Assembly (NCBI GenBank): GCA_963665125.2
Contig: CAXXUK010000001.1
Span: forward strand, 2,496,001 to 2,560,000
DNA from: an uncultured Desulfarculus sp.
Lineage (GTDB): Bacteria; Desulfobacterota; Desulfarculia; Desulfarculales; Desulfarculaceae
Length of the DNA stretch: 64,000 bases
Reading direction: 5' to 3'
The notes below the pieces were generated by a model. The model searched no databases, had not been told where the DNA came from, and was given only the letters and a program-made list of their open reading frames with translations. The position numbers and the translations under genes are program-made. Below, one piece after another: positions 50,059-60,775 of the stretch. The stretch's first letter is position 1, and each line of letters starts with the position of its first letter.

Positions 50059-50696
50059 TACAGTTCTCCGATAACCGTTATCCCGGCCCGAACCTTTTGG
50101 CCTCGTTGGACCGTGGGCCTTGCATCCAGGGGCAAATATACATCCAACCTGGACCCAAACCTAATCATACCGTAACGAACACCCTTTTGCACGATTTGTC
50201 CTGGTGACAATTCGCATTCGATGCGCCGGGCCACCATGCCGGCCACCTGGGTGACAAGAAGCCTTTTGCCGTCTCCGATGTCGATGAGCACCTCCTGGCG
50301 CTCATTGGCGTGGCGGGCCTGGTCCAGGTTGGCCATGGCATAGCCGCCGTCGACATGCCGGGAACTGACAATTTCGCCGTCAATGGGCGCCCGGTTGACG
50401 TGCACGTTGAACAGGCTCATGAATATGGACACCAGCATGGCCTGTCCGCCTGGCATATCGGCGTGCTCGGCCTGGCCCACATGCACCACCGTGCCGTCGG
50501 CCGGGCTGATCACCTGGTTGGGTGCGCTGTTGTGGCGTCTTGCCGGATCACGGAAGAAAAACAACGTGAACGCGAACAATGCCAGCAGCGGAGCCGTGAG
50601 CCACCATGAACCGACAAGGGTGGACGCCCCGAACAACACGGCGAAGGCCGCATAGAGGTTAACGCCGTAACGCGCCAACGGAAATTTATCGAACAC
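50058..50696 (-). CDS. psd: Phosphatidylserine decarboxylase proenzyme
   Basis: FFRDP, SPADG, NVHVNRAP, RFGS. Confidence 0.92.
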   Translation of the reverse strand: MFDKFPLARYGVNLYAAFAVLFGASTLVGSWWLTAPLLALFAFTLFFFRDPARRHNSAPNQVISPADGTVVHVGQAEHADMPGGQAMLVSIFMSLFNVHVNRAPIDGEIVSSRHVDGGYAMANLDQARHANERQEVLIDIGDGKRLLVTQVAGMVARRIECELSPGQIVQKGVRYGMIRFGSRLDVYLPLDARPTVQRGQKVRAGITVIGEL

Positions 50697-50701
50697 GGGC
50701 G

Positions 50702-50926
50702 TCAGCCATCGCGATGCTGGGCCAAAATCGCTTCGATGCGATCGCGGCCGGCCAGCTTTATCTTTTGCAGACGCTTGCGTTCCATCTGCTCCTCTGCCGA
50801 GAGGTATAGCCGGTCGCCAAGCTCATCCAACTTGGTTTCCAGCTCCCTGTGCTTGGTCCAAAGCTGGGCCAATTCATCGTTTTCAACAATCAATTGCTCT
50901 ATCAAGTCGAGATCACGCTGTTCCAT
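50702..50926 (-). CDS. Small coiled-coil DUF465/YdcH-like protein (74 aa)
   Basis: ATG 50926 after GGGGAGG; L..KH.ELE..L......YLS.EE..E.K.L.K.KL.G.D pattern. Confidence 0.75.
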   Translation of the reverse strand: MEQRDLDLIEQLIVENDELAQLWTKHRELETKLDELGDRLYLSAEEQMERKRLQKIKLAGRDRIEAILAQHRDG

Positions 50927-50952
50927 CAAACCCTCCCCGAAGGCGTGCAGTG

Positions 50953-51672
50953 TTATTTTTGGGGGACCAGGGAATAAACGCAGCGCACTTCGGCGCTTAC
51001 CATCATCGAACCAGGCTCGAGACTCGAACCTGCCGATCTTTCCGCAACGGCGGCCCGCATGGGCATCATCCCGCCGCTGCCCGGAGCCGCATCGGCCCGC
51101 AGCAGCACGCCCAGTTTCATACCCGCCGTTTCGGCCAGGGCTTCGGCCTGGGCCTTGGCATCCAATAGCGCGGCCTGCTTGGCCTTTATCCTGGCCTTGC
51201 CCGGATCGGCCAGGCCCCAATTGGGACCGTCGATGCCCCTGGCTCCGGCGGCGACCGCCGTGTCAATGACCGCTCCCATGGAGTCCAGATCGGCCGAAGT
51301 AAATTTCAGGGTGTGGGATGCCCGGTATCCCTTGAGGATGTTGACGCCGCGCACCCTGTCGTATTCCTTGACCGCGCCGAGACTATACCCGGAGGTCTCC
51401 AACTTGTCGGCAGGCGATTTTATCTTTTTCAGCGCTGCGAGCACCTCCGCACTTAGTTCGGCATTAACCTGGGCGGCCTGTTTGGCGCCAGGCTCCTGGC
51501 TTATCACCTCGATAAACAAAACCGCCTGGTCGGGCTTGAAGCCCAGTTCGGCGTGGCCCATCACGCCAATGGACGGATTTTCCGGCACCGGGCAGGGCCT
51601 GGCGGCCATGGCCGCGGCGGGCAGCATCATCATAAGGGCCAAAACAGCAACACCCACAAATTTTCTAGACAT
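50953..51672 (-). CDS. SIMPL (DUF541) periplasmic protein
   Basis: Signal peptide, V.G......PD.A, AL.DA..QA..LA..AG..LG. Confidence 0.85.
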   Translation of the reverse strand: MSRKFVGVAVLALMMMLPAAAMAARPCPVPENPSIGVMGHAELGFKPDQAVLFIEVISQEPGAKQAAQVNAELSAEVLAALKKIKSPADKLETSGYSLGAVKEYDRVRGVNILKGYRASHTLKFTSADLDSMGAVIDTAVAAGARGIDGPNWGLADPGKARIKAKQAALLDAKAQAEALAETAGMKLGVLLRADAAPGSGGMMPMRAAVAERSAGSSLEPGSMMVSAEVRCVYSLVPQK

Positions 51673-51727
51673 CCTATTCCTCCGGTTTTCACCAAAGATC
51701 ATATCATGCCATGGGCCCTGTTATGAA

Positions 51728-52429
51728 TTACTCAATGATGTGATAATCGTCCATGGGCAGACCGAAGCGCACCTCGGCGTCCGAGGGCCGGCAGTAATTG
51801 GGCCGGACGGCCTCGGGAGCCACGCCTTGCCCACTGGCCAGGCGCTGATGGCCGATGAGAGCCAACAGACCGGGACGGGGCAGATCCATCCAGCGGGGCG
51901 CCAGCACCAGACCATGGTCAAGTCCTTCGGGCAGCAGCCGGGCGCCGGGCCCCACCAGGGTCGCAGGAGCCTCCAGCATGGGCAGCAGCCGCTCCGGACT
52001 GACGGCGAAATCGTATTCGCTGACCCTGTCCAGGCCATAGTCTTCGGCCCGGAAACAAGCCGCGTACAACAGGCCCCGCCGGGCGTCGCCTATGGCCCAG
52101 ACCAGGCCGTCGCGCACGGCGGCGCCATGGGCCAGCAGGCGCAGGCTGCTCACCCCGGCCATGGGTGCATCCAGCCCCAGGGCCAGTCCCTGGGCCGTGG
52201 CCAGGCCGATGCGCAGGCCGGTGAAAAAACCCGGCCCAACGGTGGCGGCCACGCCGCCTATTTCCTCCCGCTGTCTGCCGGTCTGTTCAAGCAGATAATC
52301 CACCGCCGACAACAGCCGCCGGGAATGGGTGGTCGAGGCGTTGAGCATTACCTCGCCCAACAGCTCGCCGTCCTGGGCCAGGGCCACGCCCCCCGCCTGA
52401 AAGCATGTATCCAGGGCAACGGTGAGCAA
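51728..52429 (-). CDS. tsaB: t6A biosynthesis protein TsaB
   Basis: ALDT, HS..LL, GPGFFTGLRIG, DARR. Confidence 0.92.
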   Translation of the reverse strand: MLTVALDTCFQAGGVALAQDGELLGEVMLNASTTHSRRLLSAVDYLLEQTGRQREEIGGVAATVGPGFFTGLRIGLATAQGLALGLDAPMAGVSSLRLLAHGAAVRDGLVWAIGDARRGLLYAACFRAEDYGLDRVSEYDFAVSPERLLPMLEAPATLVGPGARLLPEGLDHGLVLAPRWMDLPRPGLLALIGHQRLASGQGVAPEAVRPNYCRPSDAEVRFGLPMDDYHIIE

Positions 52430-52443
52430 ACTTCAGACCCCCA

Positions 52444-53526
52444 TCAATTGAACAGTCCCTCAAACATCTTCAGACGGTTGAGGTCGTTCCATATCACAAA
52501 GACCATCAGGCTGAGCAGGATAATAACGCCGACCTGCTGGATGCGCTCGCGCACGGCGATGGACACCGGCCGGCGGATGATGGCCTCAACCAAGAAGACC
52601 AGCAGATGCCCGCCATCCAGGGCCGGGATGGGCAAAAGGTTCAACACGGCCAAGTTCACCGAAATAATCGCCGCGAAGGCCAGCAGGGTGTCCAGGCCCT
52701 TGCGGGCGGCCTCCCCCGCCACCTGGGCGATGTATATCGGCCCGCCCAGTTGATCGCGGCTCACCTTGCCGCTGATGATCTTGCCCACGCTGGTGATGAT
52801 CAGGTGGCTGGCGTTCCAGGTGCTTTCCAGGGCCTTGCCCATGGACTCGATGGGCCCGTAGCTGACATGGAACGTCTGGCCCGAGGCCCCCAGGCCGATC
52901 TGGTAGATTTCAATGGTGTCGCCAAACAGGTCCTGGACCTGCACTGTCTTGGGCGTAATGCGTAGCGTCAGCTCTTGGCCGTTGCGGTCGATGAGCAACT
53001 CGACCGGCTTGCCGCCGCTAAGGCGCACGGCCTCCCGGAGTTGGTCCCAGCGGTCGATGGGCGCGCCATTGACAGTCTTGACCACATCGCCGGTCTGGGC
53101 GCCGGCGGCCTGGGCGGGCATATCGGCGATCACCTCGCCAACCACGGGCGACAGCACGGGCTGGCCCCAGACAATGGCCAAGATGTAGTAGGCCACCACG
53201 GCCAGGGCCACGTTGGACAAGGGCCCGGCGGCCACGATGATCATGCGTTTCCACACGCTCTTATGGCTGAAGCTGCGGGCCTCTTCTTCGGGCGTAACTT
53301 CCTCGGTGGGGTTTTCGCCGACCATCTTGACAAAGCCGCCCAGGGGTATGGCCGAGATGCGGTAGTCGGTCTCGCCGACGCGCTTGCCGAAAAGCCGCGG
53401 CCCAAAGCCCAGGCTGAAGGTCTGCACCCCCACGCCAGCCCATTTGGCGGCCGCGAAGTGCCCCAACTCATGCACGAAAATCAATACGCCCAGGACGACC
53501 ACCGCACTGATTATGGTTACCAGCAT
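52444..53526 (-). CDS. rseP: Intramembrane zinc protease RseP
   Basis: HELGH, PLGGFVKM, PDZ, NLLPIPALDGG. Confidence 0.95.
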   Translation of the reverse strand: MLVTIISAVVVLGVLIFVHELGHFAAAKWAGVGVQTFSLGFGPRLFGKRVGETDYRISAIPLGGFVKMVGENPTEEVTPEEEARSFSHKSVWKRMIIVAAGPLSNVALAVVAYYILAIVWGQPVLSPVVGEVIADMPAQAAGAQTGDVVKTVNGAPIDRWDQLREAVRLSGGKPVELLIDRNGQELTLRITPKTVQVQDLFGDTIEIYQIGLGASGQTFHVSYGPIESMGKALESTWNASHLIITSVGKIISGKVSRDQLGGPIYIAQVAGEAARKGLDTLLAFAAIISVNLAVLNLLPIPALDGGHLLVFLVEAIIRRPVSIAVRERIQQVGVIILLSLMVFVIWNDLNRLKMFEGLFN

Positions 53527-53527
53527 G

Positions 53528-54700
53528 CTATCTAGTCCTCCTGTCGAGCCATTGAGCGGCGTCTTGGCGGGCCTTCCTGTCGGCCTCCAGGACCGCGCCC
53601 ACGCTGCTGGCCGGTCCGCCTCCATGGTTCTGCAAGACCTGCTCCACGCAGGCCGGAATATCCAAAAATCCTATGCCGCCCGCCAGAAAACGGGCCACGG
53701 CCACTTCGTTGGCCGCGTTAAGCACCGCCGGGGCCAGGCCGCCCGCCCTGCCCGCCTCGAAGGCCAGGCCCAAGGCCGAGAAGCGCTCAAAGTCCGGCTC
53801 CTCGAAGGTCAGCGATCCCATGGCCAGGGGGTCGAGCTTCCTGCCGGGCACCGGATAGCGCCGGGGGTGGCTCAGGGCCACGGCGATGGGCAGGCGCATG
53901 TCCGGCGGGCCCAGCTGGGCCATGAAGTTGCCGTCCACGAACTCGACCATGGAATGGACCATGGACTGGGGGTGGACCACAACCCGGATATTTTCATAAG
54001 GCTGGTCAAACAGCCAATGGGCCTCGATGACTTCCAGGCCCTTGTTCATCAATGTCGCCGAGTCGATGGTGATCTTGGGCCCCATGGACCAGTTGGGGTG
54101 GTCCAGGGCCATTTCCGGCGTGACCTTGGCCATGCGCTCGGTGGATGTCTTGCGGAAGGGCCCGCCGCTGGCCGTCAGCCAGATCCGGGCCACGTCGGCG
54201 GGGTCTCCAGCCATCAGGCACTGGAAGATGGCCGAGTGTTCGCTGTCCACCGGCAGGATGGCCGCGCCGCTTTGGCGGGCCGCGTCCATGACCAGCTCGC
54301 CGCCGGCCACCAGGGTTTCCTTGTTGGCCAGGGCGATGTCGGCCCCGGATTTTACGGCGGCCAGGGTGGGCATCAGTCCGGCGGCCCCGACCATGGCCGA
54401 CAGGACCATGTCCGCGCCGCAGCCGGCGGCGGCCTCCAGGTAGCCTTCGGCCCCGTGGACGATCTGCACGCCGGTGTCGAGCTTCAAGAGGCCCTTGAGT
54501 TCCTTGGCGGCCTCGGCGGTGGCCACCGCGGCCAGCTTGGGCCGGAAGGCCTGGATCTGGGAGGCCAGGGCCTCCACGCTGCGGGCGGCCGTCAGGCTGA
54601 CAATCTCGAAGTCGTCGGGCCGGGAACCCACCACATCCAGGGCGCTGAGACCTATGGAGCCCGTGGAACCCAGGATGGCCAGACGCTTTTTCACCACCAA
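53528..54700 (-). CDS. dxr: 1-deoxy-D-xylulose 5-phosphate reductoisomerase
   Basis: LGSTGSIG, LANKE, PVDSEH, HPNWSMG, NAANE. Confidence 0.97.
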   Translation of the reverse strand: MVVKKRLAILGSTGSIGLSALDVVGSRPDDFEIVSLTAARSVEALASQIQAFRPKLAAVATAEAAKELKGLLKLDTGVQIVHGAEGYLEAAAGCGADMVLSAMVGAAGLMPTLAAVKSGADIALANKETLVAGGELVMDAARQSGAAILPVDSEHSAIFQCLMAGDPADVARIWLTASGGPFRKTSTERMAKVTPEMALDHPNWSMGPKITIDSATLMNKGLEVIEAHWLFDQPYENIRVVVHPQSMVHSMVEFVDGNFMAQLGPPDMRLPIAVALSHPRRYPVPGRKLDPLAMGSLTFEEPDFERFSALGLAFEAGRAGGLAPAVLNAANEVAVARFLAGGIGFLDIPACVEQVLQNHGGGPASSVGAVLEADRKARQDAAQWLDRRTR

Positions 54701-55503
54701 AGCACCCTAATCAGCAAAAAGAGCGGGAAGGCCACCATATGACCGTCGACGCGGTCCAGAATGCCGCCGTGGCCCGGCAGGATGCCGCCGGAGTCCTTTA
54801 CCCCGGCCTGACGCTTCATGGCCGACTCAAGCAGGTCGCCCAATACGCTGGCGCCGCCCAGCACCGCGCCCAACACAGCACCCATCCACCACATGGTGTC
54901 CGGCACCCAGATCGACACGAAAACGGCGCCAACCACCGCGGCCAATAGCAGTCCGCCGCCCAGGCCCTCGATGGTCTTGCCCGGTGAAAGGCGGGGAGCC
55001 AGCTTGTGCCTGCCGAATTGATGGCCCGCGAAATAGGCCCCCACATCGGCGGCGGCAACGCAGATGATGCTGTACATGATCAGGGCCCGGCCGTTTTCCA
55101 TGGCTCCGATAACCAGCAGAGTAGCCAACAATCCGCCGCAGTAAACCGCCGCCCAGCCCAGACGGGGCATGCGCTCCCAGGCCATGTCCAGGTCCTGGAT
55201 GGACAGGATGGCGGCTATGGCTATGGCCAAAAAGCCCACGGCGAATCCGGCGGCCAGGCCCGAGCCGCCCCATACCGCGCAGACCGGCAGCAGTGCGGCC
55301 ACGGCAAGGGAGACGATCTCCAAAACGCCCCATTTTACGGGGCTGGTCATGCGCATCTGTTCCCACATGGCCAGGCCGGCCACCAAGGCCACCACCACCC
55401 CAAGCCAGGCCAGGGGGGCCATGGTTATCACGAATATTATGGCAATGATAAGCGGAAGGCCGGTGGCCACCCTCACGCCCAGGCCCGACCAATTAGCGGC
55501 CAT
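54691..55503 (-). CDS. cdsA: Phosphatidate cytidylyltransferase
   Basis: SPGKTIEG, GDLLES..KR..GVKDSG..LPGHGGILDRVD. Confidence 0.94.
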   Translation of the reverse strand: MAANWSGLGVRVATGLPLIIAIIFVITMAPLAWLGVVVALVAGLAMWEQMRMTSPVKWGVLEIVSLAVAALLPVCAVWGGSGLAAGFAVGFLAIAIAAILSIQDLDMAWERMPRLGWAAVYCGGLLATLLVIGAMENGRALIMYSIICVAAADVGAYFAGHQFGRHKLAPRLSPGKTIEGLGGGLLLAAVVGAVFVSIWVPDTMWWMGAVLGAVLGGASVLGDLLESAMKRQAGVKDSGGILPGHGGILDRVDGHMVAFPLFLLIRVLWW

Positions 55504-56269
55504 TATCAGCCTCCCGCACCTGTTCGCCGGTCTGGCCGAAGCGCCGCTGGCGGCTGGCATACTCCGCCAGGGCCTGTTTCAGCTGGTCCTCGCGGAAATC
55601 CGGGAAATAGGTGTCGGTGAAGTAAAACTCGGCATAGGCGATCTGCCACAGCAGGAAATTGCTTATCCTAAGTTCGCCGCTGGTGCGGATCAGAAAGTCC
55701 ACGTCGGGCAGGCCGGTGGTGTATAGGCTGTCGGCAAAGGCCTTTTCATCAATGGCCTCGGGGTCGATCTCGCCCGATTTGGCCCGTCTGGCCAGTTTGC
55801 GGGCCGCCTCGGTCAGCTCCTGCTGGCCGCCGTAGGACAGGGCCAGGGTCAGAACCATGCTCTTGCAGTGTGCCGTGTCGGCCATGACCTGCCGGAGGCT
55901 CTTGCGGGCGCTGTCGGGGAGCTTATGCAATGAACCGATGGCATTGAGGCGGATGTCCTGGTCCAGCATTTCCTTGCGCTCGCCCTTTAAAAACCGCATC
56001 AACAGTTTCCACAGGGCCGCGACCTCGGCCTTGGGACGGGCCCAGTTTTCTTCGCTGAAGGCGTAGAGAGTCAGGGCCTGGATACCCAGCTTGCGGCAGG
56101 TGCGAACCACGGCCCGCACGCTTTCTGCGCCCTGTTCATGGCCCTTTACCCGGGGCAAATCGCGCCGCTGGGCCCAGCGGCCGTTGCCGTCCATGATCAC
56201 GGCCACATGCCGGGGCAGGCTACGGGAGTCCAGGGCTTCCGGTTCGTTGGAATCAGACAATTTGTTCAT
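55493..56269 (-). CDS. uppS: Undecaprenyl diphosphate synthase
   Basis: IMDGNGRWA, FSEENW, RTSGE.RISNFLLWQ, RRFG. Confidence 0.96.
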   Translation of the reverse strand: MNKLSDSNEPEALDSRSLPRHVAVIMDGNGRWAQRRDLPRVKGHEQGAESVRAVVRTCRKLGIQALTLYAFSEENWARPKAEVAALWKLLMRFLKGERKEMLDQDIRLNAIGSLHKLPDSARKSLRQVMADTAHCKSMVLTLALSYGGQQELTEAARKLARRAKSGEIDPEAIDEKAFADSLYTTGLPDVDFLIRTSGELRISNFLLWQIAYAEFYFTDTYFPDFREDQLKQALAEYASRQRRFGQTGEQVREADNGR

Positions 56270-56296
56270 CCAATGAGCATCATGGCATGCGTTCTT

Positions 56297-56854
56297 CTAG
56301 AACTCCATGATTTCCTTTTCTTTTTCCGCCATGGCCTCATCGACCTTCTTGACATAGTCGTCGGTGAGTTTTTGCACTTCGTCCTGGGCCCGGAAAGATT
56401 CGTCCTCGCTTATGTCGCCCTCTTTCTTGAGCTCCTTGAGCATTTCATTGGCATCGCGGCGGGCGGCGCGCACGGCGACCTTGGTCTCCTCGCCCATCTT
56501 GCGCACGACCTTGACCAGCTCCTTGCGGCGCTCCTCGGTCAGCGGCGGAATAGCGATACGCACGATTTTTCCGTCGTTCTGGGGAGTCAGGCCCAGATCG
56601 CTGGCCAGAATGGCCTTCTCAATGGCTCCACAGGTGCTGGGGTCCCAGGGCTGGATCACGATAAGCCGGGCCTCGGGGATGGAAACGCTGGCCATCTGGT
56701 TCAGCGGGGTGGGCGCGCCGTAGTAGTCGGCGCGAACCGGCTCCAGCAGCGCCGGAGTGGCCCGGCCCGTGCGTACGCGGTTGAAATCGCGGCCCAAGGC
56801 CTCCAGAGCCTTTACCATGCGTTCTTTGGCTTCGTTTTTAACATCGTCTATCAT
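56297..56854 (-). CDS. frr: Ribosome recycling factor
   Basis: RTGRA, PPLTEERRKELVK, RRDAN. Confidence 0.97.
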   Translation of the reverse strand: MIDDVKNEAKERMVKALEALGRDFNRVRTGRATPALLEPVRADYYGAPTPLNQMASVSIPEARLIVIQPWDPSTCGAIEKAILASDLGLTPQNDGKIVRIAIPPLTEERRKELVKVVRKMGEETKVAVRAARRDANEMLKELKKEGDISEDESFRAQDEVQKLTDDYVKKVDEAMAEKEKEIMEF

Positions 56855-56856
56855 GG

Positions 56857-57576
56857 TTAACCCTCCACCCGGGAGCCCAGGTTTTCACCCATCAAGACCC
56901 GTTTGATGTTTCCGGCCTTCATCAGGTCGAAAACGATCACCGGCAGATCATTGTCACCAGCCAGGCTGATGGCCGTGGCGTCCATGAACTTGAGGTGCCT
57001 GGTCAGTACGTCGTCATAGGTCAGATTGTCGATTTTTTTGGCATTGGGATTGGTTACAGGGTCCGAGTCGTAGATGCCGTCGACCTTGGTGGCCTTTAAA
57101 AGGACCTCGGCCCCGATCTCCTTGGCCCTGAGGGCCGCGGCGGTGTCGGTGCTGAAAAAGGGGTTGCCGGTACCGGCGGCGAAGATGATCAGCCGGTCTT
57201 TTTCCATATGTCGCATGGCCCGGCGGCGGATATACGGCTCTGCCGCCTGGGGGATGGTGATGGCGCTCATCACCCTGGTGGCTATGCCATTTTGCTCCAA
57301 GGAGTCCTGCAAGGCCAGCGAGTTGATCACCGTGGCCAGCATGCCCATGTGGTCCGCCTGGACCCGGTCCATGCCCTTGGCGCTGTCGCTGACGCCGCGG
57401 AAGATGTTGCCGCCGCCGATGACGATGCCGATCCGGACGCCGAGATCCAAGGCCTGGGCCAGTTCATCGGCCACGTATGACAAAACCTTGGGTGCAATGC
57501 CGAACGGGGCGTCGCCCATCAGGGCTTCACCGGAGAGCTTCAGCAGCACCCGTTTGAAAGCAGCCTCTTGAGCCAC
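56857..57576 (-). CDS. pyrH: UMP kinase
   Basis: [26 protein letters not shown]. Confidence 0.97.
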   Translation of the reverse strand: MAQEAAFKRVLLKLSGEALMGDAPFGIAPKVLSYVADELAQALDLGVRIGIVIGGGNIFRGVSDSAKGMDRVQADHMGMLATVINSLALQDSLEQNGIATRVMSAITIPQAAEPYIRRRAMRHMEKDRLIIFAAGTGNPFFSTDTAAALRAKEIGAEVLLKATKVDGIYDSDPVTNPNAKKIDNLTYDDVLTRHLKFMDATAISLAGDNDLPVIVFDLMKAGNIKRVLMGENLGSRVEG

Positions 57577-57736
57577 AAAAACCTCCCTGCCTTTGTTGGT
57601 GGCACGCCGCCTACACGGGGCCGCGGCATGCGAAAGCCGCCGAACGCACAGCCGGCGTCCGGCGGCCGCTTTGTAATGATAGGCTTTTGCGGCGAAAAAT
57701 GCCAGAGCGGGTGCGTCTCCAGCCTACAAATTCGGG

Positions 57737-58336
57737 CTAGGACCTTTCGCCCAGCACAAAACGGGAGAAACGGCCGATCTGTACGTTCTCGCCTGTCTTG
57801 GCCCGCAGTTCGTTGAGCAGGTCGCCGATGGTCAGGTCGTTGTCCTTGACGAACGGCTGATTGATCAGGCACGACTCGGTGGCGAACTTCTTGAGCTTGC
57901 CCTCGATGATCTTTTCCAGAATTTTTTCGGGCTTGCCCTGGTCCAGAGCCTGCTGCTTGTAGATCTCGCGCTCGCGCTCGATCATGGCCGGGTCAAGGTC
58001 TTCCTCGTTGATGCACAGCGGAGCCGCGGCGGCGATGTGCATGGCCAGGTCCTTGCAGAAGGTCGTGAAGTCGTCGGTCTTGGCGCTGAAGTCGGTCTCG
58101 CAGTTGACCTCCACCAATACGCCGAGCTTGCCACCGGCGTGGATGTAGCTGTAGACCTGGCCCTCGGTGGCTTCGCGGTCGCCACGCTTGGCCGCAACGC
58201 TAAGGCCCTTTTGGCGCAGCCAGTCAACGGCCTTTTCAAAGTCGCCGTCGCACTCTTGCAGGGCTTTTTTGCAGTCCATCATTCCGGCGCTGGTTTTCTC
58301 GCGCAGCTTTTTGATCTCGTCAACGGAGATTGCCAC
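57737..58336 (-). CDS. tsf: Elongation factor Ts (short form, ~199 aa)
   Basis: LREKTSAGMMDCKKAL, EVNCETDF; GTG start 9 nt after AGGAG. Confidence 0.96.
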   Translation of the reverse strand: MAISVDEIKKLREKTSAGMMDCKKALQECDGDFEKAVDWLRQKGLSVAAKRGDREATEGQVYSYIHAGGKLGVLVEVNCETDFSAKTDDFTTFCKDLAMHIAAAAPLCINEEDLDPAMIEREREIYKQQALDQGKPEKILEKIIEGKLKKFATESCLINQPFVKDNDLTIGDLLNELRAKTGENVQIGRFSRFVLGERS

Positions 58337-58441
58337 TTTCTTCAACTCCTTATCATGGGCGGTCCCGGAGCCGGCGCGGCCGTTCCGGGACCGAAATTTA
58401 GATCTCGCATCCAGGTCCGAGTGCCCTTGGGCCTCGGTGGT

Positions 58442-59275
58442 TTACTCGTTGCCCTCGACGGTCTCCTCACCCTTGCGGATGATTTCCGGTCCATCGCTGT
58501 CGGCGCGCCCAACGGTGAGTTCGGGCATGTCGGCGGGCATTTCCATGGCTTCGGGCTTGCCGCCATCGGAATCACGGGAGCCGCGTTCACCGCGCAGGGC
58601 CACGCCCTCGATGGCGGCTTCGGCCATCTTGGAGCACATCAGGCGGATGGCCCGGATGGCGTCGTCGTTGCCGGGGATCACGTAGTCGATTTCGTCGGGA
58701 TCACAGTTGGTGTCAACAATGGCCACCACCGGAATGCCCAAGCGCTTGGCCTCGTTGACCGCGATACGCTCCTTGCGGATGTCGACCACGAAAATCACGC
58801 CGGGCAGCTTGTTCATATCCTTGATGCCGCCCAGGTTGCGCTCGAGCTTTTCCAGCTCCCGGCGCATGCCCATGGCCTCTTTTTTGGGATAGTTGTCAAT
58901 GCTGCCGTCGGCGATCAGCGACTCCAGCCATTTGTAGCGGTCGATGGAGCGCTTGATGGTCTGGAAGTTGGTGAGCATGCCGCCCAGCCAACGGTGGTTG
59001 ACATAGTACATGCCCGAGCGGTTGGCCTCTTCGACAACGATGTCGGCGGCCTGGCGCTTGGTGCCCACGAAAAGCAGATCGCCGCCCCGGGCCACGCTCT
59101 TGACCACGACGTCATAGGCCGAACGGAACATTTTCACGGTTTTTTGCAGATCGACGATGTGGATGCCGTTGCGGGCGCCGAAAATGTAAGGACGCATCTT
59201 GGGGTTCCAGCGTCCGGTGTGGTGGCCAAAGTGAACGCCAGCCTCCAGCAACTGCCTCATGGTGACATAAGCCAT
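58442..59275 (-). CDS. rpsB: 30S ribosomal protein S2
   Basis: [28 protein letters not shown]. Confidence 0.97.
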   Translation of the reverse strand: MAYVTMRQLLEAGVHFGHHTGRWNPKMRPYIFGARNGIHIVDLQKTVKMFRSAYDVVVKSVARGGDLLFVGTKRQAADIVVEEANRSGMYYVNHRWLGGMLTNFQTIKRSIDRYKWLESLIADGSIDNYPKKEAMGMRRELEKLERNLGGIKDMNKLPGVIFVVDIRKERIAVNEAKRLGIPVVAIVDTNCDPDEIDYVIPGNDDAIRAIRLMCSKMAEAAIEGVALRGERGSRDSDGGKPEAMEMPADMPELTVGRADSDGPEIIRKGEETVEGNE

Positions 59276-59279
59276 TGAA

Positions 59280-59376
59280 TATTCTCCTTTTCTGTTTTTC
59301 CTCCGCCTTCGTCGTCCGCATACGCCATACCGGCCAAGGGCCGGCACAGGGCGCGCGTCAAAAGGCGTGTGTGGTT
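59280..59376 (-). ncRNA. rpsB/S2 leader (t44-like autoregulatory RNA)
   Basis: Minus strand ACCACACACGCCTT...AAGGCGGAGG stem enclosing a GC hairpin directly upstream of rpsB. Confidence 0.65.
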
Positions 59377-59477
59377 TAAAGCCGCAGAAAGATATCACGG
59401 CTTGGCCGAGCCCGCAATATTTCCCGGACTATTTCAAGCAATTGGAACCGATTCGGCGGGCAACCGCCATTGTTTTT

Positions 59478-60230
59478 TCACACCAGCGGGCAGGCGCTGA
59501 CGCAGGCCAGGCAAGTATACATCTGGTGGTCGTCCACCGCCGTCAATTGCACAAGCGTGTCGAGTTCCTCGGCATCCAGGCGCTTTTGGCCCAAAAAGCC
59601 GTTCAACAGCGGGCTGTATGAAGATGCACGCACGCAGGCAACCCTGTCCACCGGACCTCCGCCTTGCAACGCTCTCGCCGGGCAGGCCTCTATGCAGGCC
59701 GTGCAGTCTTCCGGGCAGACCTTGCCGCCCGCCCCGCCGACAACGGTTTCCGGCAAATCGATGGTGGTTACCAGGCCGCCCAAATGCAGCCTCGGCCCAT
59801 ACTGGGGGTGCATCACCAGTCCGTTTTTCCCGATATTGCCCAGACCGCAGGCCTGGGCCATCCGGGCCAGGCTGACAAAGCCCGTGAAGTCGCCTAGCTT
59901 GTGCACGTCAAAGGGGAAACAGCAGGGCACCACCGCTGCCGCATGATCCTCACCCTCAATCAGCGCGGCGAGTTGCGATGCCAGCCAATCCAATTGCCGG
60001 TAGTACAGATTGGCCTGACGCCAGTACATCTTGTTCAGCCGGTCCCCGCTTTTGTATACGCCCCGGGAAACAGGCAGTGCGAAACACAGCATGCCGCGCG
60101 CGCCGGGCAACAGGTCCGCCGGCCTACGGCCCTGAGGCTCCGCGTCAAGGCCCGCCGCGGGCGCCGCGCCGTAGATGGTGATATTGTTGGCGGACATGAA
60201 ATCGTTGATCAAGGACATGACTTGGCGCAT
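59478..60230 (-). CDS. QueG-like (epoxyqueuosine reductase/reductive dehalogenase-like) 4Fe-4S protein
   Basis: P.DLLPGARGM, ACGLG.IGKNGLV.HPQYGPR..LG..VT, C...CTACIEACP, CLACVSACP; ATG after GGAGG. Confidence 0.75.
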   Translation of the reverse strand: MRQVMSLINDFMSANNITIYGAAPAAGLDAEPQGRRPADLLPGARGMLCFALPVSRGVYKSGDRLNKMYWRQANLYYRQLDWLASQLAALIEGEDHAAAVVPCCFPFDVHKLGDFTGFVSLARMAQACGLGNIGKNGLVMHPQYGPRLHLGGLVTTIDLPETVVGGAGGKVCPEDCTACIEACPARALQGGGPVDRVACVRASSYSPLLNGFLGQKRLDAEELDTLVQLTAVDDHQMYTCLACVSACPLV

Positions 60231-60301
60231 GACTAACCTCCCCGCCCGCCGCCGATGCCGTATGTGGCGGCTCATGCGTCGGGGAGGCCCTGCCCCGCGC
60301 C

Positions 60302-60736
60302 TCACGAATCGCCGTAGCGGTCTATCAAACGGTCGAGCATTGAGACAAACGCTTCGAACTCCTGAGGTTCAAAGCCTTCTTGAACGTTTTGGTTGGCCCG
60401 GCCGACGACCTCGGCCGCCCGCCCTGCAAGGTCCCCGCCCTTGTCCGTAATGAAGACCAGGGTGGCCCTGCGGTCGCCGGGGCTGACCCGCCGCTCGATC
60501 AACCCGGCCTTTTCCATGCGGTCGGCCAGCCGAGTCAGGGCGGAGTTGTCCACCCCCACCAGGGCCGCCATCTCGCCTAGCTTGCGGCCGTCGCTTTCCA
60601 TCAGCAGGAACAGCACCGCCGACTGCACGGGCGAGATATCCAACCCCGCTTCGGTCAGGCGCTTGCGCAGATCGCCCAGCAACAGTCTGCTCAGCTTTGA
60701 CACCTGGTTGATGATGCGCTGTTTTTCAGCAGTCAT
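60302..60736 (-). CDS. MarR-family regulator
   Basis: Q..VLF.L...DG....EMA...GVDNSALTRLADRME..GLIER...P.DRR. Confidence 0.9.
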   Translation of the reverse strand: MTAEKQRIINQVSKLSRLLLGDLRKRLTEAGLDISPVQSAVLFLLMESDGRKLGEMAALVGVDNSALTRLADRMEKAGLIERRVSPGDRRATLVFITDKGGDLAGRAAEVVGRANQNVQEGFEPQEFEAFVSMLDRLIDRYGDS

Positions 60737-60775
60737 GACTTTGCACCATATGGCCCATTTCTCGGGCCATGCTTT

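Noticed and set aside
57737..58336. Short EF-Ts as a truncation
   Set aside because: A ~200-aa EF-Ts form is established in several phyla and the C-terminal RF.RF.LGE motif is intact
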